IMG/VR virus record: IMGVR_UViG_3300043811_000226
DNA length: 64,000 nt
Direction: 5' to 3' (one strand)
Source: a virus
Numbering within the stretch: the stretch's first letter is position 1; each line of letters opens with the position of its first letter. The notes below the pieces were generated by a model, which saw only the letters and a list, made by a program, of their open reading frames with translations, was not told where the DNA came from and did no database searches. The position numbers and the translations under genes were made by a program. This document shows, in pieces, positions 38,826 to 48,066 of this stretch.

Positions 38826-38830
38826 CCATA

Positions 38831-38898
38831 GTTGCGCACGATGGACGTGTTGACGCTCTCCACCGAGGAGGGCATGTTGACCGTCCGTCGTGCGCGGC
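38831..38898. repeat. 68-nt imperfect palindrome / long hairpin
   Basis: GCGCACGATGGACG (38834-38847) vs CGTCCGTCGTGCGC (38882-38895), plus an inner GCTCTC/GAGGGC stem. Confidence 0.7.
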
Positions 38899-38924
38899 GA
38901 AGAGCAAACTTTTAGCCTCTCGTT

Positions 38925-38932
38925 GGCATAAG
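38925..38932 (+). promoter_or_regulatory. GGCATAAG candidate promoter element
   Basis: 35 nt before the DnaB-like ATG. Confidence 0.55.
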
Positions 38933-38967
38933 GCAGTTGCTCTACCCGTACGTCCCAGGGAGGAAGA

Positions 38968-40413
38968 ATGTCCTGCCAATTGGCCATCTGCGCACGCGTC
39001 GTAAAGACGGGCAACATCGCCCCCGTCCTCAACTACGGCCTGACACTCGACGACTTCACGCAAACCGAGGCCAAGAACTTCTGGAACTTGATCCTCACGT
39101 ACTTCTTGCAGCAGGAGACGGCTGGCGCCGTCCTCGACAAGAACGTCTTGCAAGCCTGGCTTCCAACACTCGTCGTCTCCGACGACTACCCGGGCATGAG
39201 CCTCGAGGCGCTCTGCTACGAGGTGCGCCGCCAACGCATCGTCACCATGGCCAACGAAGCCGCCGTGAAGTGCGCTGAGCTAATCATGGTGCCGACGCAG
39301 AACCCGACGGTGCCACTCGCCATCCTGCACAAGAACATCTCGGACCTCATCGCGCTCGGTACAGCTGCCAACACCGACGTCACCTTGAAGCAGGGCATCA
39401 CAGGCATCATGCGCAAGATCGAGCTTGCGCGCCGCGGTGAGAACTTCGCCGTTGCCAACTGGCCCTGGGCTGTCTTGAACAACGTCACCTTCGGCCTGCA
39501 GCCTGACGACTACGTCATCTTCTATGGCAGACCCAAGTCGATGAAAAGCTGGGTGCTCGCCTACTTGCTCTCCTGGTTCTTCAACGAGAACAAGAAAGTG
39601 CTGGTCTACACGAAGGAGATGACGCCCGACAACGTGTACATGCGCGCCATCGCCTGCATCTGCAAGCTGGCCTACAGCAATCTGCGCGAAGCCACCTCGC
39701 CCATCGGCAAGCAGCTGACTCCAGAAGAAGAGTTCCGGCTCATCGAGCTTGAGGACAACATCGGCAGCGACCCGTACTACTCGGACCGGCTCACGGTACT
39801 GAGCGGTCGCGACGTCCCCGCCGGCGGGGACAACGTGGCCTGGTTGAACAGCAAGATCGACCAATACAAGCCCGAGCTCCTGGTTGTCGACGGCCTCTAC
39901 CTCTTGAAGGACCAGAACAAGGCACAGAGCGACCACGTACGCGTAATGAACATCTCCCGTGACCTTCGGCAGATGAACCTGCACACCGGGGTGCCCATCA
40001 TCGCCACGATGCAGGCCAACCGAAAAGCAGCAGGTCACAACGACGCAAACCTGGACGAGATTGCGTACTCCGACGCGCTCGCGCAAGACGCCACCATCGC
40101 CGCACGCGTCATCAACGACAAAGTCTCGCCGACCATCAGCATCGTCATCGGCGGCAGCCGGGAGTTCAAGCTGCACGGCTTTCGCATCAACGCTGTGCCC
40201 GCCGTGGACTTCTCTTACCACTCGACGCTGACCGAGAAGGACATCGAGAAGGCCAAAGAAGGCGACGTCAGCGAAGTCGAGGAGAAGAACGGCAAGGCTA
40301 AGAGCAAAGACAAGGAGACAGTACGAGCTCCAAACCGAACACCCAAAACCAACACTGACAACCACGTCAACGTCGATAGCCAGATAAACACTGCGCTCAA
40401 GAACCTCGCTTAG
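38968..40413 (+). CDS. dnaB: DnaB-like replicative helicase
   Basis: Variant Walker A GRPKSMKS, VVDGLYL, ATMQANR, YSDALAQDA. Confidence 0.85.
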   Translation: MSCQLAICARVVKTGNIAPVLNYGLTLDDFTQTEAKNFWNLILTYFLQQETAGAVLDKNVLQAWLPTLVVSDDYPGMSLEALCYEVRRQRIVTMANEAAVKCAELIMVPTQNPTVPLAILHKNISDLIALGTAANTDVTLKQGITGIMRKIELARRGENFAVANWPWAVLNNVTFGLQPDDYVIFYGRPKSMKSWVLAYLLSWFFNENKKVLVYTKEMTPDNVYMRAIACICKLAYSNLREATSPIGKQLTPEEEFRLIELEDNIGSDPYYSDRLTVLSGRDVPAGGDNVAWLNSKIDQYKPELLVVDGLYLLKDQNKAQSDHVRVMNISRDLRQMNLHTGVPIIATMQANRKAAGHNDANLDEIAYSDALAQDATIAARVINDKVSPTISIVIGGSREFKLHGFRINAVPAVDFSYHSTLTEKDIEKAKEGDVSEVEEKNGKAKSKDKETVRAPNRTPKTNTDNHVNVDSQINTALKNLA

Positions 40414-40421
40414 GAAAGAAG

Positions 40422-41420
40422 ATGAGCGACGACATCCTGCAGATCGCCCACCAGCACCTGCGCAAGGTGAAGAAGTCGGGCAACGAAGACATCATGGCCG
40501 TCTGTCCGTTTCACCGGAAGATGGACGGCACCGAAGAGAAGAACCCATCCTTCTCCATGAACGTGTTCAGCGGGTTGTGGTACTGCCACTCGTGCCACGC
40601 GCGAGGGAACCTGTACTCGTTTCTTCGAGACGTGGGCCTGCCTCGCGGCGAGATCGAGATGCTCTACAAGGGCATCATCGAAGAGGCTGAGAAGTACGCA
40701 CCGAAGAAGTACGACCCCCTCAACGTCACCGAACCCACGACCGACGTACTCCCAGAGAGCTTCCTCGGACTGTTCGATCAGTGCCCTGTGCAGCTACTTG
40801 AAGAAGGCTACCCCGAAGACCTTCTGCGCAAGTTCGACGTAGGCTACGACGCTGTACACAACCGCATCACCTTTCCCCTGCGGGACTGGCGTGGGCGGCT
40901 GATAGGCATCAGTGGACGGGCCACGCGAGAAGATCAGAACCCGCGCTACAAGGTCTACGACTGGGAGTACAAAGACTACGGGATGCCAGAGAGAGCTACC
41001 CAGAAGCGGGCCCTTCTCTGGAACGCGCACAAAGTCCTGCCGCAACTTCTCTTCACCACTAGCCTGGCCGACCGGTACGTCGTCCTCTCCGAGGGCTTCA
41101 AGGCCGTCATGCGAATCACCCAAGCCGGTATAAGCAATGTGGTCGGCCTACTCGGCTCCTACATGTCCAAGGAGCAGCAGCAGCTCATCGAGAACATGGG
41201 CTGCACCGTCATCCTCATGCTCGACAACAACGACGCCGGTCAGCGCGGACAACTTGATGCTGGCCTTCGTCTCGTGAAAACAGTAGAACGTCTGTACGTC
41301 GCCACGTACGACGGCAGCCAGCCAAGCGAGTTACAACTTCCAGCCATCACCGATTCTCTCCTCGGAGCGCAGTCCTTTCAGCGTTGGTTCGTACAGCAAT
41401 CCACCCTACAGCCATCCTAA
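40422..41420 (+). CDS. dnaG: DnaG-like primase
   Basis: CHC2 finger CPFH...CHSC; TOPRIM SEG and MLDNNDAG. Confidence 0.9.
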   Translation: MSDDILQIAHQHLRKVKKSGNEDIMAVCPFHRKMDGTEEKNPSFSMNVFSGLWYCHSCHARGNLYSFLRDVGLPRGEIEMLYKGIIEEAEKYAPKKYDPLNVTEPTTDVLPESFLGLFDQCPVQLLEEGYPEDLLRKFDVGYDAVHNRITFPLRDWRGRLIGISGRATREDQNPRYKVYDWEYKDYGMPERATQKRALLWNAHKVLPQLLFTTSLADRYVVLSEGFKAVMRITQAGISNVVGLLGSYMSKEQQQLIENMGCTVILMLDNNDAGQRGQLDAGLRLVKTVERLYVATYDGSQPSELQLPAITDSLLGAQSFQRWFVQQSTLQPS

Positions 41421-41433
41421 GTAAGAGGTTCCC

Positions 41434-42744
41434 ATGGCCTTCGGCAAAGACGCACGCACACTGAACGCAGTCAGTGCGTTCGGTTCTCTTCGGCAGCAAA
41501 CCGCAGCAGCCACCAAGCAAGCCGGCAAACGAGCAAGTAGGGGCGGTCCGCCTTACTTCGTCGACATGTATCAGCCCAGCATGACGGACATCGACACGAT
41601 CCGTCTCGTACCTGGCGAGTACCTGCAGGACTACATTGAGGGAGAAGGGGACAACGCCCAGCTCGTGCAGAAGCTCGCGACCTTCGTCAAATTCGTCGAC
41701 CATTTTGACGGACACATGCAGCGCGGCGCCATCTGCAGCGCAGGAGCCTGGGCCAACGACAGAAACAAGCGCTCCCCCTGTTACGGATGCGACATCTACT
41801 GGGAGACGGCGGCGCGCAACACCGAAGGTCGTTTCACCTCGACGCGCATCAGCAGGCAAAACAAGTACGCGTTCTGCGTCTTCGACTACGCCCGCTACCA
41901 CAAGATGGAGCAGATCTACCGGTCGAACGGCCAGGTGCGAAGAGACAACAAGGGCCAACCCTTCTACAACTGGGTCAAGTGCCAAGGCCAAGGCTGCGAC
42001 GCGTGCCGCGCACCCAACATCGAGACCAAGCAGGGCAACATGAGCCACTGGCCCATGAATTACACCCAGCTGCAGGTTCTGCGCGCTGCCGAAACGAACA
42101 TCGGCAAGTCCTGCACGACGTGCGGGTCGGTCAACAGCATCAACAGCATGGCCTGGCTCTGCTCGAATTGTAAGGAGTGCGCCATCGACATGGCGACGAC
42201 GCACCTGAAGAAGGACGAGCTCCTGCAGATCACCGACAACCTCTGCCAGTGCGCCTCGTGTGGGCAGCAGGTTCTTCTGACTGAGGTCTACGAGTGCAGC
42301 GTCTGCGCCCAACGCGGGCAGCAGGGAGTGCGCGCCACGCTCTTCGACGTCGACTTGCAGGTGCAGCTCATTCCGATGCCCAACGACCAGAAGAACCTGC
42401 AGATCTCAGGCTGGTCGCAACCATACCCGATCCCGGCGCAGTTCGCCGAAGCGGCCAAGCCCCTCGACCTCGTGGCGAAGTACAAGCCGGACTCGCTCGA
42501 GTACCAGGCTTCTCGTTTCGGCATCAAGGTCAATGCGCCTGCCCCCGGTGCCACCGCTCCACAGCGGCAGCCGCAGACAGGCCCACAGCAGGGGTACCAG
42601 CAACCTCCGATGCAACAAGCCCCTCAGGGCTATGCGCCGCAGCCACAGCAAGGCTACACCCCGCCGCAGTACCAGCCTCCGATGCAGCAAGCTCCCGCAC
42701 GCCCCTACCAGGTTCCGTACGGGAACAAGCCTGCCGGGCAGTAG
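41434..42744 (+). CDS. Putative T4 gp32-like ssDNA-binding protein with extra Zn ribbons
   Basis: FVDHF..ICSA..CYGC core pattern; location between primase and polymerase; several further CxxC pairs; Q/P/Y tail. Confidence 0.55.
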   Translation: MAFGKDARTLNAVSAFGSLRQQTAAATKQAGKRASRGGPPYFVDMYQPSMTDIDTIRLVPGEYLQDYIEGEGDNAQLVQKLATFVKFVDHFDGHMQRGAICSAGAWANDRNKRSPCYGCDIYWETAARNTEGRFTSTRISRQNKYAFCVFDYARYHKMEQIYRSNGQVRRDNKGQPFYNWVKCQGQGCDACRAPNIETKQGNMSHWPMNYTQLQVLRAAETNIGKSCTTCGSVNSINSMAWLCSNCKECAIDMATTHLKKDELLQITDNLCQCASCGQQVLLTEVYECSVCAQRGQQGVRATLFDVDLQVQLIPMPNDQKNLQISGWSQPYPIPAQFAEAAKPLDLVAKYKPDSLEYQASRFGIKVNAPAPGATAPQRQPQTGPQQGYQQPPMQQAPQGYAPQPQQGYTPPQYQPPMQQAPARPYQVPYGNKPAGQ

Positions 42745-42753
42745 CCCGTCTCT

Positions 42754-42790
42754 AGCCCCCCACCCGTGTGGTGGGGGGCTTCTTGTTTTC
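42754..42790 (+). terminator. Intrinsic terminator between SSB-like gene and polA
   Basis: AGCCCCCCAC-7 nt-GTGGGGGGCT then TCTTGTTTTC. Confidence 0.7.
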
Positions 42791-42807
42791 TTACGGAGGT
42801 CACGCCT

Positions 42808-44859
42808 ATGGGATGGAACATCAACCTCCCCGATGCGGGGTGGTACGACCGCGGTACGTACGGCCTTGAGGGCCTCGTCCGCGAAGTGCTCGATCAAGAC
42901 GTCGTCGCCATCGACACAGAGACGACGGGGCTGAAAGTCTGGAAGGACACGCCGCTCTTCTGGTCTCTCGCCTGGGGAGAGCACCGTCGGGTGTGCATGC
43001 CCATCACAACGCTCGACTGCTTCAAGCAGTCCTTCGGCGACGAGAGCAAGCGATGGATCTTCGCCAACGCGAAGTTCGACATGCACATGCTGGGAAACGT
43101 CGGCATCGAATTCGCCGGCGACTGCATCGACACCCAAGTCATGCACGGGCTTCTGCACGAAGAAGAGAGCCACTCGCTCAAGGACATGGCCAAGAGTGTC
43201 CTTGGATGGCGGTGGACGGACTTCTTCGACACGTTCAACCCGCTCAACGTGCCCGACCCAACCAAGCAACCGAAGAAGCTGAGAAGCGGGCTGATGTCGC
43301 AGCCCACGCGGCGAGAGACCATCCAAGAGATGCTCATGCGCTGCTACCGCGACGACCTGCCCAAGCTCGTCGATTACGCCTCCAACGACGCGTACGGCAC
43401 ACTGCGCCTCTACGAGAAGCTGAAGGAAGAACTCGAGAGGACGGGCATCTATTCGCTCTACCCCGCGCAGCTGCCAACGATGGCACACATCTTCTTTCTG
43501 ACCGAGGTGCCGTTCACCAAGGTCCTCTACACCTGCGAGCGCAACGGCGTGTATGTCGACAGGCCGTACTTGCAGAACCTGCGAGGTCCCATGTGGGACG
43601 AGCACGAGCAGCTACTGCGTGAGATGGTGCAGCTCTCGGGAGACCCCAACTTCAACCCGAACTCGGTCGAACAGAAGCGCGACTACTTCATCAACCACGA
43701 GGGGCTGAAGCCGCTCATGCTGACCAAGGGGGGAAAGAGCGGCATCAAGCAACCCTCCATCGACAAGGGGTTCCTTGAGCACTACGAGCACGAGAGCCGC
43801 ATGGCCGCGCTGGTCCTGCGCGACTCCAAGCTCACGAAACTCATCGGCACGTACATCGACGGCGCCGACGAGCACTTCGACCCCCACAGCCGCATCCACA
43901 CACGGTTCAACCAGGACGTCGCGCGCACGGGGCGACTCTCCTCGAGCGACCCGAACCTGCAGAACATCCCTACCCCAGAGAAGGACAAGTTCCAGCTGCG
44001 CGGGGCTTTCCAGGCGCAGCCCGGCGCAGGCACGGACCTCATCGTCGGCGACTACGCGCAGCTCGAGATGCGCCTTCTCGCCTGCGCCACGGTGACAGAC
44101 AAGAACCCCGAGGGCGCCCGGGAGATGATCCAGATCTTCCTCGACGGCAAGGACATCCACATGGGCAACGCCGCCATGGTGTACGGGCCCATCTACGAGA
44201 AGCAGCACGGGTGGAAGCTCACCTACGACTTCCTCAAGGAGGCGAAGAAGATCGACGGCAAGGTGAAGAGCGGAGAACTTCCCGCCACCGCACGTACCCA
44301 CCAGGTCGAGTTGGCCCTCTTCGCCAGAAATGCCATAAAATCCGTTGGCTTTGGACTCAATTATGGAATGAAAGAGAACAAGCTTGCCAGGCAACTAGGC
44401 ATAACCAAAGAGGAAGCGAAAGCCATCATCGACGCGTACCTAGGCACCTACCCCGCCGTCCAGGGCTTCTACGACGCCGCCATCGAGGAGACGCGCGCGA
44501 CGGGCTTCTCCTTCACGCTCCTCGGCCGCCGCCGCTACCACCCCTCCATCAACAGCCCGAACGCGGGGGACCGGTGGAGCGAGGAGCGCAAGGCGGTGAA
44601 CATGCAGATCCAGGGGACGGCCGCGGATGCGGTGCGGCTCTCGATGATCCGCATCTGGCGGGCGGGGCTCGACAAGAAGTACGGGTGCCGGATGCTTCTT
44701 CAGATCCACGACGAGCTCATGTTCGAGTGCCCCAAGGAGACGGTGGCCGAGGCGAGAGCCGAGATCACCGCCATCATGGAGCACCCGTTCCCCAACGACC
44801 TCGCGGTACCCCTCGAGGTCTCTATCGGCTCAGGGCCGAGCTGGAACAAGGCGAAGTGA
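42808..44859 (+). CDS. polA: Family A DNA polymerase with 3'-5' exonuclease (no 5' nuclease domain)
   Basis: Exo motifs DTETTG, NAKFD and YASND; TGRLSS; motif A DYAQLEMR, B K..GFGLNYG, C QIHDE. Start ATG 42808 with GGAGGT. Confidence 0.95.
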   Translation: MGWNINLPDAGWYDRGTYGLEGLVREVLDQDVVAIDTETTGLKVWKDTPLFWSLAWGEHRRVCMPITTLDCFKQSFGDESKRWIFANAKFDMHMLGNVGIEFAGDCIDTQVMHGLLHEEESHSLKDMAKSVLGWRWTDFFDTFNPLNVPDPTKQPKKLRSGLMSQPTRRETIQEMLMRCYRDDLPKLVDYASNDAYGTLRLYEKLKEELERTGIYSLYPAQLPTMAHIFFLTEVPFTKVLYTCERNGVYVDRPYLQNLRGPMWDEHEQLLREMVQLSGDPNFNPNSVEQKRDYFINHEGLKPLMLTKGGKSGIKQPSIDKGFLEHYEHESRMAALVLRDSKLTKLIGTYIDGADEHFDPHSRIHTRFNQDVARTGRLSSSDPNLQNIPTPEKDKFQLRGAFQAQPGAGTDLIVGDYAQLEMRLLACATVTDKNPEGAREMIQIFLDGKDIHMGNAAMVYGPIYEKQHGWKLTYDFLKEAKKIDGKVKSGELPATARTHQVELALFARNAIKSVGFGLNYGMKENKLARQLGITKEEAKAIIDAYLGTYPAVQGFYDAAIEETRATGFSFTLLGRRRYHPSINSPNAGDRWSEERKAVNMQIQGTAADAVRLSMIRIWRAGLDKKYGCRMLLQIHDELMFECPKETVAEARAEITAIMEHPFPNDLAVPLEVSIGSGPSWNKAK

Positions 44860-44861
44860 CC

Positions 44862-45206
44862 ATGGAGAGAGTGAAGAAGAGTCAGATCGACGCGCAAGTC
44901 GCTGTACTGCTCGGGAAGAAGAGGAGCGAGGTCTCCGGCATCACCGCCACGTTCTTGCGGGAGGTGGTCCGGGGACTCTCAGAGAAGGGGGAGGTCAACA
45001 TGGATGGGCTGGGGAGGCTGAAGGTGATCTGCCGCCGCGGTACCCGTCAGACGACCTACACCCGCATCGGCCACAAGAAGTCGAAGCCTGCTCGTGTACA
45101 CGTCCCCGAGAAGTACTATGTGTCCTTCAAGAAGGCGGAACCACTTACGGTCGCCATCAAGGAAGCAAGAACCGGAGGTCACCATGGACAAGTTCGGAGT
45201 GGATGA
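44862..45206 (+). CDS. HU/IHF-like DNA-binding protein
   Basis: GEVNMDGLGRLKV...VHVPEKYYVSFKKA pattern. Confidence 0.75.
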   Translation: MERVKKSQIDAQVAVLLGKKRSEVSGITATFLREVVRGLSEKGEVNMDGLGRLKVICRRGTRQTTYTRIGHKKSKPARVHVPEKYYVSFKKAEPLTVAIKEARTGGHHGQVRSG

Positions 45207-45348
45207 AGGCGTGAACCAGGAAGAACTGGAGAAGGCAGCTACAGATGGCTGCCCCGTATGCGGCAAGAAGCCCACGAGGCACGGCAACGTTCTGCTGTGC
45301 CCCGTGCACGGCTCGGAGCCCTTCGAGCAGAACAAGAAGAAGACCTAG
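45184..45348 (+). CDS. 54-aa zinc-ribbon protein
   Basis: GGAGGT SD; CPVC...CPVH. Confidence 0.65.
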   Translation: MDKFGVDEGVNQEELEKAATDGCPVCGKKPTRHGNVLLCPVHGSEPFEQNKKKT

Positions 45349-45356
45349 GAGAGACC

Positions 45357-46646
45357 ATGCCGCGAATGCCCGTCACAGATCTGAACAAGGGAATCGCGCA
45401 GCTCGAAGCTGCGCTCAACAAGAAGCCGGCTGTGAAGGGCGCCCAGGTGATGACGGACATCGATCTGGCGCCCAACACCTACTTCCTCCGGCGACCGTCA
45501 GGCATCATGTCACTCGACATCCACACAGGCGGGGGGCTCCCGGCGGGCGGGCTCACCTACCTGAGTGGTCCGGACGGCGCAGGGAAGACGTTCCTTCTCT
45601 ACAAGTACCTCGCAATGAACCAGAGGCTCTACGGCCTCCGCTCAAGCCTCGCTATCGGCGTGAGCGAAGCAGCGCCGGACCACTTCTTCATGAGGAAGTG
45701 CGGCGTGCAGATCTGCATCCCGGAGCAGATGATCGCCGAGCGCGTCGCCGAACGAAAGGACCGCGGAATGCCTTCCTTCACCAAGGATCAACTGAAGGAG
45801 TTTAGGACACCAACCGTCGGTCAGCTGAAGATCCTGCGTGGCGCGAATGGTGAGGAGCTCCTCATGGCCATCTTGGCCTGCTTCGAGTCGGGTCTCTTCG
45901 ACATCGTAGGCCTGGACTCTGTCTCTGCAGTACTTCCTGAAGCCGACGCCGGCAAGGACCTCGACGAGGCAGCCAAGCGCGCCGCGGCGGCGAGTATGCT
46001 CACGAGGTTCTTCCAGCACTACCTCAACGGCACAACCGGCTACTACGGCCAGAACCCGACCACGGTCATCTTCACCTCCCAGGTGCGCTCGAACTCGAAG
46101 AAAGCCGAGGCGCCGGCGAACATCGCCAAGTACTTGCCGGACTACGCTCCCCAAGGCGCGTGGGCGGCCAAGCACGGCAAGCTCATCGACATCCTTGTGA
46201 AGGGTGGTGCCAAGGACAAGGAAGAAGTCGAGACCAACTCACAGCCTTCTTCCCTCGGCCAGGCCGTGGCGCAGAAAAAGAAGCGTGTGCAGGTCGGCAA
46301 GGTCATCAACTACGAGGTGCTCAAAGGCAAGGCTGGCGTGCACGAGGGCATCACCGGGGAGTTCGACTTCCACTTCCCCGGCAACGCTGCCGAGATGTAC
46401 GACCCAACCAAGCTGCTCACCGAGGACCAGCGCATGCTTGTCATTGCTGCCATCCAAAGTGGGCTAGCAGAAGAGAAGAACGGGTTCGTGACCTTCTACG
46501 ACATGATGGGTGCTCCTAGACCCGGACTTACGAAGGTCGCTGGTATCGAACGCGTCGTCGACATCATGAAGCAGAACTTCGACGTCGAGCTGACAGTACG
46601 ACGTGACCTACTCTCCGATGCAGGCATCGAATGCGCGTATCGCTGA
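45357..46646 (+). CDS. recA: RecA/UvsX-like recombinase
   Basis: SLDIHTGGGLPAG, GPDGAGKT, LDSVSA, FTSQVR. Start moved to ATG 45357. Confidence 0.88.
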   Translation: MPRMPVTDLNKGIAQLEAALNKKPAVKGAQVMTDIDLAPNTYFLRRPSGIMSLDIHTGGGLPAGGLTYLSGPDGAGKTFLLYKYLAMNQRLYGLRSSLAIGVSEAAPDHFFMRKCGVQICIPEQMIAERVAERKDRGMPSFTKDQLKEFRTPTVGQLKILRGANGEELLMAILACFESGLFDIVGLDSVSAVLPEADAGKDLDEAAKRAAAASMLTRFFQHYLNGTTGYYGQNPTTVIFTSQVRSNSKKAEAPANIAKYLPDYAPQGAWAAKHGKLIDILVKGGAKDKEEVETNSQPSSLGQAVAQKKKRVQVGKVINYEVLKGKAGVHEGITGEFDFHFPGNAAEMYDPTKLLTEDQRMLVIAAIQSGLAEEKNGFVTFYDMMGAPRPGLTKVAGIERVVDIMKQNFDVELTVRRDLLSDAGIECAYR

Positions 46647-47215
46647 GCGCCGAAGCACGCAACGGCATTTGCTCCAAGTGCGCCGCGGGTAGTCACGGCA
46701 TCCCCATCCTCGTCATCCCTTTCATGCTCACTGTCGAAGGGCACGCCGGCGAAGCAGGGGCTCTCTGCCAGGGTTGTCTCTTCGAACCTGGGGGTCTGTC
46801 CGTTCAAGTACCCATGGAGAACTTGGCGCCCGGTCCAGCGCCTCGCAGGAAGTCGCTGAAGAAGGCAAAGAAGGCTTCCCAGCGCCTCGAACTTGACGTG
46901 GCTATCGAGCTGAGCGAGGTCTACGGCGAGGGCTCTGTCCGCACCCAGCCAGGCTCCGGCAACCAGAGGGGAGCCAAGGGCGACTTGCGCATGAAGGGTG
47001 GCCTGCGCGTGGAAGAGAAACACACGCAGGCCGAATCGTTCTCCCTCAAGCTCGACGAGCTCTACAAGATCGCCGGCGAGGCAGGAGCAGGAGAGATGCC
47101 TCTCTTCGTCATTGACTTCGTCGAACAAGGAACAAGGAAGCTGAAAGACCGCTTCGCCGTCTTGCACTTCCACGACCTGAAGGGACTCCTGCATGTCGCT
47201 CGCGAGCATCGCTGA
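46631..47215 (+). CDS. Zn finger + PD-(D/E)XK nuclease (Hjc-like resolvase)
   Basis: CSKC/CQGC; PGSG...GDL...VEEK. Confidence 0.7.
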   Translation: MRVSLSAEARNGICSKCAAGSHGIPILVIPFMLTVEGHAGEAGALCQGCLFEPGGLSVQVPMENLAPGPAPRRKSLKKAKKASQRLELDVAIELSEVYGEGSVRTQPGSGNQRGAKGDLRMKGGLRVEEKHTQAESFSLKLDELYKIAGEAGAGEMPLFVIDFVEQGTRKLKDRFAVLHFHDLKGLLHVAREHR

Positions 47216-48065
47216 CCTGAACAAGCCCATCGAGGTCCTCACCCCCTACATCGAGATGGCGAAGAAGCTCTCCGCCGTCTACGACGACTTCGTCCTGCTC
47301 GAGCAGGATGGCCACGACCGCGAGCCCGGCATCCACGCCTCCGAGCTCTATCCGTGCCTGCGAAAGCCCGTCTACTCGCTGATGGGCGTACCGCGAAAAC
47401 CGATGGTGTCGAAGTTCTGGAAGCAGCGCTTCAAAATCGGCAAGGCCACACACAAGATGCTGCAGGATGACTTCCACGCCATCGCAACGCGCTCCCAGAA
47501 GGGACACGCCATGCGCGTGGCGGCGTCGATGGCCCAGGAGATGGACTGCACTGTCGAGTTCGAGGACGAGGTGCCAGTCAACCCCAAGCACCAGCCGCTC
47601 GCCGCGCACTACCAGATCTTCTCCTCAGCGGACGGCGTCTTCGTCTTTCGCAGCAAGGCCACCAGCGAGGTCGTTTTGCGCGTGGGACTCGAGATCAAGA
47701 CCGAGTCACCGGACGAGTACGCAAAGCTCAAGGAGCCGAAGAAGGAGCACGTTCGCCAGGCCCACCTGTACATGGCGAACCTAGACCTGCCCTTGATGTG
47801 GTTCTTCTACATCAACAAAGGCAACCAGAACAACACGCCGTCGACCTCCCCGTGGCTCATCACATGGCAGCCGCAAGTCTGGGAAGAGATCGAAGCGCGC
47901 ATCCAGACCGTGCACGCCTTCGCCGCTCGCGGTGAGCAACCTGAACGAAATGAGGGCATCTACTGCGAGTTCTGCCCGTGGAAGTACACATGCCAGCCGT
48001 CGAACATGACGCAGTCTCAGCGACCCCCCAGCCGAAAAGAAGACGTCCGCAGACCAGGAGCCTGA
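47193..48065 (+). CDS. Cas4-like PD-(D/E)XK exonuclease
   Basis: ASELYPC, GKATH, ADG, EIKT, QAHLYM, CEFCPWKYTC. Confidence 0.8.
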   Translation: MSLASIADLNKPIEVLTPYIEMAKKLSAVYDDFVLLEQDGHDREPGIHASELYPCLRKPVYSLMGVPRKPMVSKFWKQRFKIGKATHKMLQDDFHAIATRSQKGHAMRVAASMAQEMDCTVEFEDEVPVNPKHQPLAAHYQIFSSADGVFVFRSKATSEVVLRVGLEIKTESPDEYAKLKEPKKEHVRQAHLYMANLDLPLMWFFYINKGNQNNTPSTSPWLITWQPQVWEEIEARIQTVHAFAARGEQPERNEGIYCEFCPWKYTCQPSNMTQSQRPPSRKEDVRRPGA

Positions 48066-48066
48066 C

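Noticed and set aside
9892-44859. Inteins or introns in terminase, RNAP, DnaB or PolA
   Set aside because: ORFs are continuous and of expected length; no splice-junction or homing-endonuclease motifs noticed.
47193-48065. CRISPR-Cas locus suggested by the Cas4-like gene
   Set aside because: No cas1/cas2 and no repeat-spacer array seen; solo Cas4-like nucleases are common in phage recombination clusters.
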